This document shows, one piece after another, positions 23,875 to 35,189 of a stretch of 64,000 bases of DNA; position 1 is the first letter of the stretch, and each line of letters begins with the position of its first letter. The position numbers and the translations under genes are program-made. Source of the DNA: an uncultured Piscirickettsiaceae bacterium (GTDB lineage Bacteria; Pseudomonadota; Gammaproteobacteria; GCF-002020875). Where the stretch lies: contig CAZKCT010000003.1 of NCBI GenBank assembly GCA_964551545.1, positions 4,486 to 68,485 of the forward strand, in the 5' to 3' direction. Under the pieces are notes generated by a model that did not search any database, was not told the origin of the DNA, and saw only the letters and a program-made list of their open reading frames with translations.

Positions 23875-24548
23875 CCTCACCTTTCGAACTGGTCATCTTC
23901 GATTGGGATGGCACATTGATGGATTCAGAGGCGGTGATTGTTCACTGCATGCGAAGCGCCATCCAGGGCCTCGGCCTGGAACCCCGTAGCGATCAGGAGA
24001 TCAGCAACATTATTGGGTTGGGGCTCAACGAGGCGGTCACTACACTCTACCCAGGTACTGACGAGCCATTTGCGCAACGTGTTGCTGACGGTTATCGGGT
24101 CCACTGGTTCAATATCTCACAGAGCGAAGAGGACCTCTTTCCTGGTGTTGAGAGACTACTCCAACACTTGAGGGCTGAGGGAATCAAAACTGCCATTGCC
24201 ACCGGAAAGAGTCGCAAAGGGCTCAATCTGGTGCTTCAAGAAACCGGCATTGCCCATCTTTTTGATGCCTCCCGGTGCGCAGACGAGACGCAATCAAAGC
24301 CTCACCCTCAGATGATTCATGAATTATTAGAGGAGCTTCAGGTTGAGCCAGCCGCTGCCGTAATGGTAGGGGATACAGAGTGGGACCTGTCGATGGCCCA
24401 TCGGGCGGGAATCGCCTCAGTCGGGGTCTGCTATGGCGTACATGAGTCGCATCGTCTACGACAGCACGCCCCTCTTGCCTGCATTGAGGCGATCAGTGAA
24501 ATCAGGGAAATACTGCCCCTTGCTGCTCCAGCATTCGAGTTAGCCTGA
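23859..24548 (+). CDS. HAD-superfamily hydrolase (phosphatase, subfamily IA)
   Basis: Motif I FDWDGTLMDS; same position as the HAD hydrolase between rluC and maf in Pseudomonas. Confidence 0.8.
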   Translation: MQNAITSPFELVIFDWDGTLMDSEAVIVHCMRSAIQGLGLEPRSDQEISNIIGLGLNEAVTTLYPGTDEPFAQRVADGYRVHWFNISQSEEDLFPGVERLLQHLRAEGIKTAIATGKSRKGLNLVLQETGIAHLFDASRCADETQSKPHPQMIHELLEELQVEPAAAVMVGDTEWDLSMAHRAGIASVGVCYGVHESHRLRQHAPLACIEAISEIREILPLAAPAFELA

Positions 24549-25089
24549 TCAGCGGCAACCCCATCAATGCGCTGGGGTCATCGCCAGAGAGTCGTTCAAA
24601 CAGGGTAATTCCAAGCCCCTCTGATTTGAAGCTGCCCGCACAGTTGTATGGCGTTTCCGCATGAAGATAGCGCTCAATCCTTTCTCGGCTAAGGGTGCGA
24701 AAGTGGACCTGAAAAGGGATCACTTCACTCTGTCGTTCACCCGTTGCACTATTTAACAGTGTTAATCCGGTATGAAACTGAATCACCTTTCCTGATGCAG
24801 AAGAGAGCTGTTCAAAGGCATTCTCAAAATTTCCAGGCTTGCCGAGAACCTCTCCCTCATTGACTGCAACCTGATCAGATCCAATCACCAGATGGTTGGG
24901 ATAAGTTTTCGCCACCTCTGCCGCTTTCTTGACCGAAAGCCGCTCCACTAACTGCTCTGGACTCTCTCCCGCATAGCGACTCTCATCAATATCCGGGGAG
25001 CTGGTTTCAAAAGGGAGCCGCAGACGAGCCAGAAGCTCTTTGCGAAAAGGGGAGCTGGAGCCAAGCACCAGTGGCAATGGAAGGTTCAT
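24502..25089 (-). CDS. maf: Maf-like nucleoside triphosphate pyrophosphatase (YceF-type)
   Basis: LVLGSSSPFRKELL...SD N-terminus and the Maf fold. Confidence 0.85.
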   Translation of the reverse strand: MNLPLPLVLGSSSPFRKELLARLRLPFETSSPDIDESRYAGESPEQLVERLSVKKAAEVAKTYPNHLVIGSDQVAVNEGEVLGKPGNFENAFEQLSSASGKVIQFHTGLTLLNSATGERQSEVIPFQVHFRTLSRERIERYLHAETPYNCAGSFKSEGLGITLFERLSGDDPSALMGLPLIRLTRMLEQQGAVFP

Positions 25090-25145
25090 TTGGGTAAGCT
25101 TGATTGAATATTCAACAGAGCTAAAATCATACCATTTTCGGGGTT

Positions 25146-25655
25146 ATGCCAAATCACTTTCCAGAACAGATCTCCCCTTATCAATGGGCCACTAATCACA
25201 CCTCCATTGAGCGCTCCCTTCCCGTCTCTCGTTTTGAACGTGCTCAATCGATGTTGATGGATCAACAGGGAGAGGTAAAGGTTGAGCTACAGTTTGGTGT
25301 AGATGAGCCCAATACCGCATTTCTTAGCGGCGAACTCACTGCCACAGTCAACTTGCAGTGCCAGCGCTGCATGGAGGCTGTCCCCACTTCCATAAAAAGC
25401 CAATTTAAAATTGGCCTGGTCCACAGTGAGGAGGAGGGGGAACGCCTCTCTGGGGAATACGATCCTCTGGTTGCCGATGAACGAGATTTCTCTCTGTTGG
25501 AGTTGGTTGAGGACGAGTTGATTCTCGCAATTCCGATTGTCACCTCACACCCAAAAGAGGCGTGTGATGCGGCCCATTTTCTTCAGGACTCAACCATCAT
25601 CAAGGAAAAGCGGGAAAACCCCTTCCAGGTTCTGGAACAGTTGAAAAAACAGTAA
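25146..25655 (+). CDS. yceD: Large-subunit rRNA accumulation protein YceD (DUF177)
   Basis: CQRC and Cys-pair motifs; full-length alignment to E. coli YceD; lies upstream of rpmF. Confidence 0.85.
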   Translation: MPNHFPEQISPYQWATNHTSIERSLPVSRFERAQSMLMDQQGEVKVELQFGVDEPNTAFLSGELTATVNLQCQRCMEAVPTSIKSQFKIGLVHSEEEGERLSGEYDPLVADERDFSLLELVEDELILAIPIVTSHPKEACDAAHFLQDSTIIKEKRENPFQVLEQLKKQ

Positions 25656-25797
25656 CTCCCACAAAAAACCAGCGATAAAAACCAAGCAATCCAGCAAAAG
25701 ATCGATTATAATTTGTCGCCAGATTTCGTAGCAGTTCCTTAACCGAACTGCTATTTTTATTTTTGGTTTATTTAAGAAGTATCAGGAGATCCTCCAA

Positions 25798-25980
25798 ATG
25801 GCTGTACAGCAAAACAAAAAGACTCGTTCCAAGCGTGGAATGCGCCGCTCTCACGACGCACTGACCAGCCCATCTCTCTCTACCGATTCGGAGAGCGGTG
25901 AGACTCATCTGCGCCACCACGTCACTCCAGATGGCTACTACCGTGGTCGTAAGGTTACCCAGACCAGCGCTGAAGATTGA
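25798..25980 (+). CDS. rpmF: 50S ribosomal protein L32
   Basis: [23 protein letters not shown] matches L32. Confidence 0.95.
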   Translation: MAVQQNKKTRSKRGMRRSHDALTSPSLSTDSESGETHLRHHVTPDGYYRGRKVTQTSAED

Positions 25981-26053
25981 TTCAGGGCGCTCTTGGAGAC
26001 GACCCAACGCCTCCCTCTCTCCTTCACTCGTAACACTGAGATGAGGAGGGGGC

Positions 26054-27073
26054 GTGACCACCACAATCGCCATTGACGCCATGGGCGGCGACCATGGCGT
26101 CAATGTCACTGTCCCCGCCTCACTGCAGGCACTTGAGCATAATCCTTCGCTTCAACTGATTCTGGTTGGAGACGAAAGTGTGATCGCTGCACGATCCGAT
26201 CTGCAGAACCACCCCCAGAAAAACCGCATCACCGTTCATCATGCCTCTGAGCAGGTAGGGATGGATGAGCTTCCCTCCAACGCACTTCGCAAGAAGAAGG
26301 ACTCTTCGATGCGCGTTGCACTTAACCAAGTCAAAGAGAAGCAGGCTGGCGCCTGCGTTAGCGCCGGCAATACGGGCGCACTGATGGCGATCTCCCGGTT
26401 TGTCTTGAAGATGCTGCCCGGTATTGATCGCCCCGCCATTTGTGGTGCACTTCCAACTGAGAAGGGAATCAGCTATATGCTGGATCTCGGTGCCAATGTC
26501 GACGCAACCCCAGAGAGCCTGCTCCAGTTTGCGGTCATGGGCGCAGAACTGGTGAGTGCAGTTGCTGAAAAAGAGCAACCCTCTGTCGGCCTGCTCAATA
26601 TCGGCGAAGAGGAGATCAAAGGGAACGAGATCGTCAAACAGGCATCAGAACTGCTGAGGCGAAGCGACCTCAACTATTATGGTTATGTTGAGGGAGATGA
26701 CATCTACCAAGGCACCGTTGATGTAGTCGTCTGTGATGGTTTTGTTGGCAACATTGCCCTCAAAGCGAGTGAAGGGCTGGCTCACATGGTGAGCTTCTAC
26801 ATCAAGTCCGAGTTCAAAAAAAACTGGCTCACCAAACTCGCCGCACTGATTGCAATGCCTGTACTTAACGCCTTCCGCAATCGCATTGAGCCACGCAACT
26901 ATAATGGTGCTGGCCTGCTGGGACTTCGCGGCATTGTGGTGAAGAGCCATGGTGGAACGGATATCATGGGGTTCCACAACGCCATCAAGGTTGCCGTTGC
27001 TGAGGTTGAACATGCAGTGCCCGAGAAAATCGAGGCCCACCTGCACAAGACACTAATTGAGGGGAAAGAGTGA
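26054..27073 (+). CDS. plsX: Phosphate acyltransferase PlsX
   Basis: [12 protein letters not shown]-terminus; GTG start with a gaggaggg RBS. Confidence 0.93.
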   Translation: MTTTIAIDAMGGDHGVNVTVPASLQALEHNPSLQLILVGDESVIAARSDLQNHPQKNRITVHHASEQVGMDELPSNALRKKKDSSMRVALNQVKEKQAGACVSAGNTGALMAISRFVLKMLPGIDRPAICGALPTEKGISYMLDLGANVDATPESLLQFAVMGAELVSAVAEKEQPSVGLLNIGEEEIKGNEIVKQASELLRRSDLNYYGYVEGDDIYQGTVDVVVCDGFVGNIALKASEGLAHMVSFYIKSEFKKNWLTKLAALIAMPVLNAFRNRIEPRNYNGAGLLGLRGIVVKSHGGTDIMGFHNAIKVAVAEVEHAVPEKIEAHLHKTLIEGKE

Positions 27074-28032
27074 CCTATTCAAAAATCATCGGCACAGGCG
27101 GCTACCTCCCAGAAGGGGTTCGCACCAACGCCGACCTTGAGAAAATGATGGATACCAGTGATGAGTGGATTGTTGCTCGCACTGGTATCCATACACGACA
27201 CGTCGCCGCAGAGGGGGAGACCACCTGCGATCTCGCCGAGCAAGCCTCTCGTCAGGCTATCGAGATGGCCGGAATCTCGCTCGATGAAATTGATTTGATT
27301 GTCGTTGCCACCACCACACCCGATAAAGTTTTCCCCAGCACCGCATGTCTGCTGCAGCAGCGACTCGACATTCACGGCTGCCCAGCATTTGATGTGCAAG
27401 CAGTCTGTACTGGATTTATCTATGCGCTCTCTGTTGCGGACAACTTTGTTCGAGCCGGCTCTGCCAAAACAGCACTGGTCGTTGGCGCAGAGACCATGTC
27501 ACGAATCATCGACTGGACCGACCGCGGGACCGCCATTCTCTTTGGTGACGGTGCCGGTGCCGTTGTACTGAAATCATCGGAAGAGCCAGGCATTCTCTCG
27601 ACCCATATTCATGCCGATGGAAAATATGAAGAGCTTCTTCATGTGCCTGCGGGCGGCGTCTCTTCTGGTGTCGCTGGTGAGATCCCCTACATGGAGATGA
27701 AGGGGAACGAGGTCTTCAAGATGGCGGTCAACACATTAGGACGCATCGTTGACGAGACCCTGGAGGCCAACCAGATGGGGAAACAGGAGATCGATTGGTT
27801 GGTACCGCATCAGGCCAATGTTCGCATCATTGCAGCAACTGCAAAAAAACTGCGGATGTCGATGGATAACGTCATTCTCACTGTACAGGATCATGGTAAC
27901 ACCTCGGCAGCATCCGTCCCTCTAGCACTCAATGAAGGGGTTCGCAGTGGCAAGATTCAAAAAGGACAGACAATTTTAATGGAGGCCTTTGGTGGAGGAT
28001 TTACCTGGGGCTCCGCATTGGCCCGTTTCTAA
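27070..28032 (+). CDS. fabH: 3-oxoacyl-ACP synthase III FabH
   Basis: [32 protein letters not shown] is near-identical to the E. coli FabH N-terminus; Cys-His-Asn triad context present. Confidence 0.95.
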   Translation: MTYSKIIGTGGYLPEGVRTNADLEKMMDTSDEWIVARTGIHTRHVAAEGETTCDLAEQASRQAIEMAGISLDEIDLIVVATTTPDKVFPSTACLLQQRLDIHGCPAFDVQAVCTGFIYALSVADNFVRAGSAKTALVVGAETMSRIIDWTDRGTAILFGDGAGAVVLKSSEEPGILSTHIHADGKYEELLHVPAGGVSSGVAGEIPYMEMKGNEVFKMAVNTLGRIVDETLEANQMGKQEIDWLVPHQANVRIIAATAKKLRMSMDNVILTVQDHGNTSAASVPLALNEGVRSGKIQKGQTILMEAFGGGFTWGSALARF

Positions 28033-28048
28033 AACAGAGGATTTGTTG

Positions 28049-28981
28049 ATGAAGTTAGCATTTGTATTTCCAGGACAAGGCTCTCAGGCGGTCGGAATGA
28101 TGGCTGATCTGGCCGAGCAACATTCGGTTGTTGGTGAGACTTTTGCAGAGGCCTCAGAGGCACTCGGCTTTGATCTCTGGAACATGGTGCAGGAGGGGAC
28201 AAAGGAGTCCCTTAACCAGACCACCAATACCCAGCCAGCGATGTTGACTGCAGGGGTTGCCGCATGGCGTGTTTGGCAACAACAGAGTGGTACTACGCCA
28301 TCTATCATGGCAGGCCACAGCTTGGGGGAATACAGCGCGCTAGTCTGTTCAGGAGCACTTCACTTTGGCGATGCAGTAAAACTGGTCGCTGAACGCGGTC
28401 GACTTATGCAAGAAGCCGTGCCTGAGGGAGAAGGGGCAATGGCTGCGATTCTTGGGCTTACTGATGATCAGGTGCGTAGTGTCTGTGGCGATGCTGCGCA
28501 AGGCGCAGTAGTCGAGGCAGTCAACTTCAACGCGCCTGGCCAGGTTGTCATCGCAGGCAGTGCTGATGCCATTGGGCGCGCCACTGTGTTGGCCAAGGAG
28601 GCAGGGGCTAAACGGGCACTTCCCCTCCCTGTGAGTGTCCCCTCACACTCTTCGCTGATGCGAGAGGCTGCAGAGCACTTTGCGACTGCAATATCCTCCA
28701 TCACAATTAATGCGCCGGAGATTCCGGTCATCAATAATGTAGACGTCTCTATCGAGACCGATCCTGACGCCATTCGTGACTCACTGGCACGTCAACTCTA
28801 CAACCCGGTTCGCTGGGTAGAAACTGTTCAAAAGATGCAGCAGTCTGGCGTTGACACCTTGATTGAGTGTGGACCAGGTAAAGTTCTGGCAGGCCTCAAC
28901 AAACGCATTGAACGAGGAATGAAGGCGGCGCCTCTATTTGATTGCACCAGCCTCGATGCAGCAATGGCGTTAACCCAATAA
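28049..28981 (+). CDS. fabD: Malonyl-CoA:ACP transacylase FabD
   Basis: MKLAFVFPGQGSQ and GHSLGEYSAL motifs; start set to ATG 28049. Confidence 0.95.
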   Translation: MKLAFVFPGQGSQAVGMMADLAEQHSVVGETFAEASEALGFDLWNMVQEGTKESLNQTTNTQPAMLTAGVAAWRVWQQQSGTTPSIMAGHSLGEYSALVCSGALHFGDAVKLVAERGRLMQEAVPEGEGAMAAILGLTDDQVRSVCGDAAQGAVVEAVNFNAPGQVVIAGSADAIGRATVLAKEAGAKRALPLPVSVPSHSSLMREAAEHFATAISSITINAPEIPVINNVDVSIETDPDAIRDSLARQLYNPVRWVETVQKMQQSGVDTLIECGPGKVLAGLNKRIERGMKAAPLFDCTSLDAAMALTQ

Positions 28982-29002
28982 CCAAAACAGGGAAATCATT
29001 AG

Positions 29003-29746
29003 ATGAGTAATCTGGATGGAAAGATCGCACTAGTAACCGGTGCCAGTCGCGGTATTGGTCAAGCGATTGCACTGAAGCTGGGCGCAATGGGCGCCACAGT
29101 GATTGGCACCGCAACCTCGGATGGCGGTGCAGAGAAGATCACTGCCTATATGAAAGAGGCTGGCATTCAGGGCGAGGGGATGAAACTGAATGTCACCGAC
29201 CTCTCTGAGATTGAGACAACCATCAAGCAGATTGGTGAAAATCATGGTGCCGTTACACTACTGATCAACAATGCGGGCATTACCCGTGACAATCTGTTGA
29301 TGCGGATGAAGGAAGAGGAGTGGGGCGATATCATGGAGACCAACTTGACCTCCATCTATCGCGTCTCCAAGGCCTGTCTGCGTGGCATGATGAAGGCACG
29401 TGGCGGACGCATTATCAGCATCACCTCGGTCGTCGGCGCGATGGGCAACGCGGGTCAGTCTAATTACGCTGCTGCAAAAGCAGGAGTAATGGGGTTCAGC
29501 CGCTCTCTGGCGCGTGAAGTAGCCTCTCGTGGCGTAACAGTCAACACGGTTGCACCCGGGTTTATTGACACCGATATGACCAAGGCGCTCCCTGATGAAC
29601 AGAAAGAGGCGCTGAAAGTGCAGATTCCTGCAGGAGCATTGGGACAGCCTGAGGATATTGCCAACGCGGTCGCCTTCCTGGCCTCCAATGAGGCAGCTTA
29701 TGTCACCGGCCAGACACTTCACGTCAATGGCGGTATGTATATGTAA
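29003..29746 (+). CDS. fabG: 3-oxoacyl-ACP reductase FabG
   Basis: SDR fold with TGASRGIG and a YAAAKAG active site. Confidence 0.95.
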   Translation: MSNLDGKIALVTGASRGIGQAIALKLGAMGATVIGTATSDGGAEKITAYMKEAGIQGEGMKLNVTDLSEIETTIKQIGENHGAVTLLINNAGITRDNLLMRMKEEEWGDIMETNLTSIYRVSKACLRGMMKARGGRIISITSVVGAMGNAGQSNYAAAKAGVMGFSRSLAREVASRGVTVNTVAPGFIDTDMTKALPDEQKEALKVQIPAGALGQPEDIANAVAFLASNEAAYVTGQTLHVNGGMYM

Positions 29747-29846
29747 AGAAGTTTTGAAAAACGGGAGAAGGTGGTAAAATCTGCTCCAGTTTTTCAACAA
29801 CCGTTGACAAACGGATTCAGTGAACAATTAATCGTAGAGGATTGAA

Positions 29847-30083
29847 ATGAGCGATATTCAAGCACAGGTAACCAAGATTGTTGCAGAGCAGTTGGGTGTA
29901 GACGAGGGCGAGGTCAACAATGAGTCATCTTTCGTAGATGATCTAGGGGCTGACTCACTCGACACCGTTGAGCTGGTTATGGCACTGGAGGAGGAGTTTG
30001 GTTGCGAGATTCCTGACGAAGAGGCAGAGAAGATCACTACTGTTCAGCAGGCCATTGACTACGTCAACAAGGCGCAGAGCTAA
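29847..30083 (+). CDS. acpP: Acyl carrier protein
   Basis: [20 protein letters not shown] carries the phosphopantetheine Ser motif. Confidence 0.97.
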   Translation: MSDIQAQVTKIVAEQLGVDEGEVNNESSFVDDLGADSLDTVELVMALEEEFGCEIPDEEAEKITTVQQAIDYVNKAQS

Positions 30084-30189
30084 AACTTTTCAATCAGTTC
30101 ATTTTTGAACGACGATTTGAGAACCCCAAAAGCCGCACTTCTCTTGATGGAGTGCGGCTTTTTTAGTTCAGACCACAAGGATTGATACG

Positions 30190-31434
30190 ATGAAGGGTGA
30201 TAGACGAGTTGTTGTAACCGGGATGGGAATGGTTTCCCCGGTTGGAAATACCGTAGACGAGAGCTGGGAGAATATCCTTGCAGGAAAGAGTGGCGCGGGA
30301 CCTGTTCCCCATTTTGATGCTGCTGAATTTCCTGTGACCTTCTCCTGCTCAGTCAAGGAGAGCTTTGATCCACTGGAATACCTCAGTAAGAAAGATCTGC
30401 GCAAGATGGACTCCTTCATCCACTACGGGATGGCCGCAGGCGTTCAAGCATTCCGTGACTCCGGTCTGGAAATCACCGAGGAGAATGCTGAGCGCATCGG
30501 TGTCTCTATCGGCTCTGGTATTGGCGGTCTACCCGGCATTGAAAAGGGGCGTGATGCATTGGTTGCAGGCGGCCCTCGCAAGGTCTCCCCATTTTTTGTC
30601 CCCTCAAATATCATCAACATGGTCTCTGGCAACCTCTCCATTCTGATTGGCGCCAAGGGTCCTAACACCTCCATCGTCACCGCTTGCAGTACCGCCACGC
30701 ACAGTGCAGGAGATGCGGCACGCATGATCGTTTACGGAGATGCTGATGTGATGATCACCGGTGGTGCCGAGAACGCGACCTCTCCTGTCGGACTCAGCGG
30801 CTTTGCGTCAGCCAAGGCTCTCTCCACACGCAACGATGACCCTCAAACCGCAAGCCGTCCATGGGATGTCGACCGTGATGGCTTCGTGCTGGGTGATGGT
30901 GCAGGTGTCGTGGTGCTGGAGGAGTATGAGCACGCCAAGGCACGTGGCGCCAAGATCTATGCTGAGGTGACTGGCTTTGGAATGAGTGGAGATGCCTACC
31001 ATATGACCTCACCTTCACCAGGCGGGGAGGGGGCATCCCGCTGCATGAACAGCGCGCTGGCTGACGCTGGGCTCAATCCAGATCAGATCGATTATGTGAA
31101 TGCACACGGCACCTCAACACCTGCCGGTGATGTTGCGGAGACCTCTGCAGTGAAGATGACCTTTGGGGATCACGCCTATAAACTAGCCGTTAACTCAACC
31201 AAATCCATGACGGGTCATCTGTTGGGTGCCGCAGGTGGCATTGAGGCGATCTTCACTATTCTGGCGATCCGCGATCAGGTCTCACCACCGACCATCAACA
31301 TCTTCAATCAAGACCCAGCGTGTGATCTGGATTACGTGGCCAATACCGCACGTGAGATGAAAATTGAATACGCCATCTCCAACTCATTTGGATTTGGTGG
31401 CACTAACGGAACACTCGTCTTCCAAAAAATTTGA
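30190..31434 (+). CDS. fabF: 3-oxoacyl-ACP synthase II FabF
   Basis: KAS II with active-site Cys (TACSTATHS) and the His-His pair. Confidence 0.95.
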   Translation: MKGDRRVVVTGMGMVSPVGNTVDESWENILAGKSGAGPVPHFDAAEFPVTFSCSVKESFDPLEYLSKKDLRKMDSFIHYGMAAGVQAFRDSGLEITEENAERIGVSIGSGIGGLPGIEKGRDALVAGGPRKVSPFFVPSNIINMVSGNLSILIGAKGPNTSIVTACSTATHSAGDAARMIVYGDADVMITGGAENATSPVGLSGFASAKALSTRNDDPQTASRPWDVDRDGFVLGDGAGVVVLEEYEHAKARGAKIYAEVTGFGMSGDAYHMTSPSPGGEGASRCMNSALADAGLNPDQIDYVNAHGTSTPAGDVAETSAVKMTFGDHAYKLAVNSTKSMTGHLLGAAGGIEAIFTILAIRDQVSPPTINIFNQDPACDLDYVANTAREMKIEYAISNSFGFGGTNGTLVFQKI

Positions 31435-32759
31435 TTGTCGAGCGCCCCGTGCTGGGGGTTGATCTGCTTGCATTGCATGCAGCTAATCCCCAGCGTTACC
31501 CCTACCTGCTAGAGAGCAGCGCAACGGATTCATCCTCTCAGGGAAACCACTGGAGCATTCTCTTTGCATTTCCCGGAGAAGTTGTTCGCGCAGCAGAGGG
31601 AGCGTTTCTGTCGCGGCTCGACCAGCAATGGCAGCAGGCTGCATCAAAAGCTCTAGATTGCCCCAGCGAACTCCCGTTCCGTGGTGGCTGGTTTCTCTTT
31701 CTTGATTATGAGCTGGCGCATCAGATTGAGCCTGTGCTCTCTCGCAACCGATCACAGCCTCCCACTTCCCAGGCCTACGCCCGAAGAGTTCCCGCAGCTA
31801 TCCTGATTGATCACAATAGTGATCGACTCTATCTGGTCGAAGAGGGGGAGGAGTCAGAGCTAGTTCAGAAGATGGAGATAGATATCCAACAAGAGAGTGT
31901 GCTCCCTACCAATCTAGATTCTTTGCCATTGAATCGACTCAGTGAGGAGTCATCGCAACAGTTTCTTGACGGGATTGAACGAATCAAGCGTTACATCATT
32001 GAGGGAGATGTTTTCCAGGTCAACCTTTCACGTCAATGGGAAGGAACACTCAAATCCTCCGTCTCACCAGGGGAGCTCTATCAGCGACTGCGCCGCAGTA
32101 ACCCTGCGCCATTTTCAGGGATTGCTGTCGATGGCGAACAAGCGGTCATCAGCTCCTCTCCAGAACGACTCGTCCGTGTTCGCGATGGCGTTGCTGAGAC
32201 CCGTCCTATCGCGGGAACCCATCCTCGTGGCGCTACAGACACAGAGGACCAGAAACTTTCCAGCCAATTATTGGACCACCCCAAAGAGCAGGCAGAGCAT
32301 GTCATGCTGATCGATCTGGAGCGCAATGATCTAGGCCGCGTTTGCCAACCAGGATCCATTGAGGTGAATGAGTTAATGGTGCTGGAAAGTTACGCCCATG
32401 TTCACCATATCGTCTCCAACGTACGAGGAGTACTGGCAACCGGCACCACACCTGGTGCAGTGATCCGGGCACTCTTTCCTGGCGGAACTATTACGGGTTG
32501 TCCCAAGGTGCGATGCATGGAGATCATTGATGAACTGGAGTCGGCTCCACGCCATGCCTACACTGGCAGCATGGGCTACCTCAACCACAATGGAGATCTT
32601 GATCTCAACATTCTGATTCGAACCATCATGCAAGATGGCAAGCAGATTCAGCTACGTGCCGGCGCCGGAATTGTTCATGACTCAATTCCGCAACGTGAAC
32701 TTGAGGAGACCCGTGCCAAGGCAAAAGGGATGTTGGTTGCATTGGGGGCCGCAGAATGA
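31431..32759 (+). CDS. pabB: Aminodeoxychorismate synthase component I (chorismate-binding enzyme)
   Basis: Chorismate-binding C-terminal domain ([27 protein letters not shown]); co-transcribed with pabC. Confidence 0.8.
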   Translation: MIVERPVLGVDLLALHAANPQRYPYLLESSATDSSSQGNHWSILFAFPGEVVRAAEGAFLSRLDQQWQQAASKALDCPSELPFRGGWFLFLDYELAHQIEPVLSRNRSQPPTSQAYARRVPAAILIDHNSDRLYLVEEGEESELVQKMEIDIQQESVLPTNLDSLPLNRLSEESSQQFLDGIERIKRYIIEGDVFQVNLSRQWEGTLKSSVSPGELYQRLRRSNPAPFSGIAVDGEQAVISSSPERLVRVRDGVAETRPIAGTHPRGATDTEDQKLSSQLLDHPKEQAEHVMLIDLERNDLGRVCQPGSIEVNELMVLESYAHVHHIVSNVRGVLATGTTPGAVIRALFPGGTITGCPKVRCMEIIDELESAPRHAYTGSMGYLNHNGDLDLNILIRTIMQDGKQIQLRAGAGIVHDSIPQRELEETRAKAKGMLVALGAAE

Positions 32760-33568
32760 TTCTGGTCAATGGTGCTCCTGCGACGCAACTCGAAATCAGT
32801 GATCGGGGACTACAGTACGGCGATGGACTGTTTGAGACCATCGCTGTTATAAAAGGCATTCCACAGCAACTGGATCGGCATTTACGTCGACTGCAATACG
32901 GGTGTCAACGTCTCTCCATCCCAACACCAGATGATGCACTACTAACCACAGAAATCGAGCAGTTGCTCCATCAAAACGGTGATCTGCGATCTGTGCTCAA
33001 GCTGATGGTCACTCGCGGATCGGGGGGAAGAGGGTATCGTCCACCTCCAGCACCAGAACCCACCCGCATTCTTTCACTTTCTCCATGGCCCATTTACCCT
33101 CCCTCTGAACAGGGGATACGGGCAAGGCTCTGTGAAACCCGTCTTGGGAGTAACCCTGCATTGGCCGGCATCAAGCACCTTAATCGTCTCGAACAGGTGC
33201 TGGCTCGTAATGAGTGGAGTAATCCTGAAATCGCAGAAGGGGTCATGATGGATGGGGAAGGGCGCCTCATTGAGGGAACCATCAGCAACCTCTTTTTGGT
33301 TTTTGATGAGGAGATTTACACGCCTGACCTCTCGCTCTGTGGCGTCAATGGCGTGATGCGTGCGCTGCTGATCGATCAACAGAGAGAGGCCGGGAAAGAG
33401 GTCGTCATTCGCCCCATTCACCAGAACGAGCTGAAGCAAGCGGATGAGGTGTTCTGTACCAACAGTCTGATTGGAATCTGGCCGGTACAACAAATTGACG
33501 CCCTGCGATTTGATGCCCCAGGCCCCGTCACCACCGATTGTATTCATCGTCTGAACAGGCCATCATAG
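32756..33568 (+). CDS. pabC: Aminodeoxychorismate lyase (class IV PLP enzyme)
   Basis: Class IV aminotransferase fold; operon position after fabF/pabB as in E. coli. Confidence 0.8.
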   Translation: MILVNGAPATQLEISDRGLQYGDGLFETIAVIKGIPQQLDRHLRRLQYGCQRLSIPTPDDALLTTEIEQLLHQNGDLRSVLKLMVTRGSGGRGYRPPPAPEPTRILSLSPWPIYPPSEQGIRARLCETRLGSNPALAGIKHLNRLEQVLARNEWSNPEIAEGVMMDGEGRLIEGTISNLFLVFDEEIYTPDLSLCGVNGVMRALLIDQQREAGKEVVIRPIHQNELKQADEVFCTNSLIGIWPVQQIDALRFDAPGPVTTDCIHRLNRPS

Positions 33569-33574
33569 CGCCCC

Positions 33575-34213
33575 ATGACAACAGGACAGTTCATCACCGT
33601 TGAGGGTTCCGAAGGGGTTGGTAAAACGACCAATCTCAACCATATCCGCCAGCAACTACTGGCTGCGGGAGTTGAGGTCGTAGAGACTCGGGAACCCGGA
33701 GGAACGCCGCTTGGAGAAGAGTTGCGAGAACTCCTCCTTGACCACCGCCACCATGGCATGTCCGAAGATACTGAGTTGATGCTGATGTTTGCTGCCCGTG
33801 CAGAACATCTTGCACAGGTCATTCGACCAGCCTTGAGTGCCGGGAAATGGGTGCTATGTGACCGATTTACTGATGCCAGCCACGCCTACCAGGGTGCTGG
33901 ACGAGGGATCTCCGGGCAACGGATTGCACAACTGGAAACGTGGGTCCAACAGGGGCTCCAGCCCGACTTCACGCTGTTGCTTGATCTAGACCCTGAGATT
34001 GGAATGGAGCGCGCTGGAAAGCGAGGCGCACTGGACCGCTTCGAGAAAGAGCAGATCGACTTCTTCCATCGTGTACGGCAAGGTTATCTGGATCGAGCAA
34101 ATCAATTTCCTGAACGCTTCCATGTGATCAACGCTGCCGAGTCCATTGAATCGGTCCAGCATGCCATTGATGGTGCGCTGATCCCTTTCATTGAGCGCTG
34201 CACCCATGGCTAG
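33575..34213 (+). CDS. tmk: Thymidylate kinase
   Basis: FITVEGSEGVGKTT P-loop and DRF motif. Confidence 0.95.
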   Translation: MTTGQFITVEGSEGVGKTTNLNHIRQQLLAAGVEVVETREPGGTPLGEELRELLLDHRHHGMSEDTELMLMFAARAEHLAQVIRPALSAGKWVLCDRFTDASHAYQGAGRGISGQRIAQLETWVQQGLQPDFTLLLDLDPEIGMERAGKRGALDRFEKEQIDFFHRVRQGYLDRANQFPERFHVINAAESIESVQHAIDGALIPFIERCTHG

Positions 34214-35189
34214 TCCACTTCCCTGGCAGCAGAAAAATTGGTCTGCCATTCAACAACGCATCCATCAGCAACGGATTCCCCACGCCTTGCTGCTGCATGG
34301 CCCGGAAGGGACTGGTAAAAACCAGTTTGCTGAAGCACTGGCTCAGAGCCTGCTCTGTAATCAACCAAACCGTACGGGCACTTGGGAGGGAGAAGGGTGT
34401 AGCCAATGCCCATCATGCAAACTATTTGCAGCAGAGAGTCACCCTGATTTTCATCCGCTGCAGCCGGAAGAGGGGAAACAGATCCTTGCGGTAGACCCAG
34501 TTCGAGAGATGGTTGGAGAGCTGGGTTATACCCCTCAGATTTCTCAGCATAAAGTGGTTGTCTTGCAGCCCGCAGAAACGATGAACCGTAACGCTGCCAA
34601 CAGCCTTCTGAAAACGCTTGAAGAGCCTGCTGGAGAGTCCATCATGATCTTGGTCTCTCACGCGCCTGCGTCTCTATTGCCCACCATCCGTAGTCGCTGC
34701 CAACAGATCGCTTTCCCGCCGCCTTCACAGCACGAGGCGTTGCGATGGCTCGAGCAGCAGGCAGAAGTGGATGAGGTGTCGGCAAAAGAAATTATTGCAT
34801 TGGCAGAAGGCGCACCGTTCAAGGCACTCACACTGTTTTCCAATGACCTGCACAATCATCAACAGCAGATGGGCAAGGAGCTTGTTGCGCTGCTTCAGGG
34901 AAAAGAGAATCCCATCCAGGTTTCACTGCGCTGGAGCAAACAAGATGCCGCCATCACACTGCGTTGGCTACAGCAGTGGGTTACCTCTCTCCTCAAGGGA
35001 CAGAGTAGGGGAGAAGCACATTCTGCGGAACCACTTCGCACCCTATCTCTTCTATTGAAAAATATCCCTACTCAGAGACTCTTTCTCTTCCTGGATCAGG
35101 TGACTGAGGCTATTGCTCTTTCGACCACTCCGGTTAATAAAGAGCTGCTTTTTCAGGGGCTATTGATGGATTGGAGTAAATTTCGATGA
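34206..35189 (+). CDS. holB: DNA polymerase III subunit delta'
   Basis: HALLLHGPEGTGKNQFAEALAQSLLC and the SRCQ sensor motif; start set to ATG 34206 (MASPLPW). Confidence 0.9.
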   Translation: MASPLPWQQKNWSAIQQRIHQQRIPHALLLHGPEGTGKNQFAEALAQSLLCNQPNRTGTWEGEGCSQCPSCKLFAAESHPDFHPLQPEEGKQILAVDPVREMVGELGYTPQISQHKVVVLQPAETMNRNAANSLLKTLEEPAGESIMILVSHAPASLLPTIRSRCQQIAFPPPSQHEALRWLEQQAEVDEVSAKEIIALAEGAPFKALTLFSNDLHNHQQQMGKELVALLQGKENPIQVSLRWSKQDAAITLRWLQQWVTSLLKGQSRGEAHSAEPLRTLSLLLKNIPTQRLFLFLDQVTEAIALSTTPVNKELLFQGLLMDWSKFR

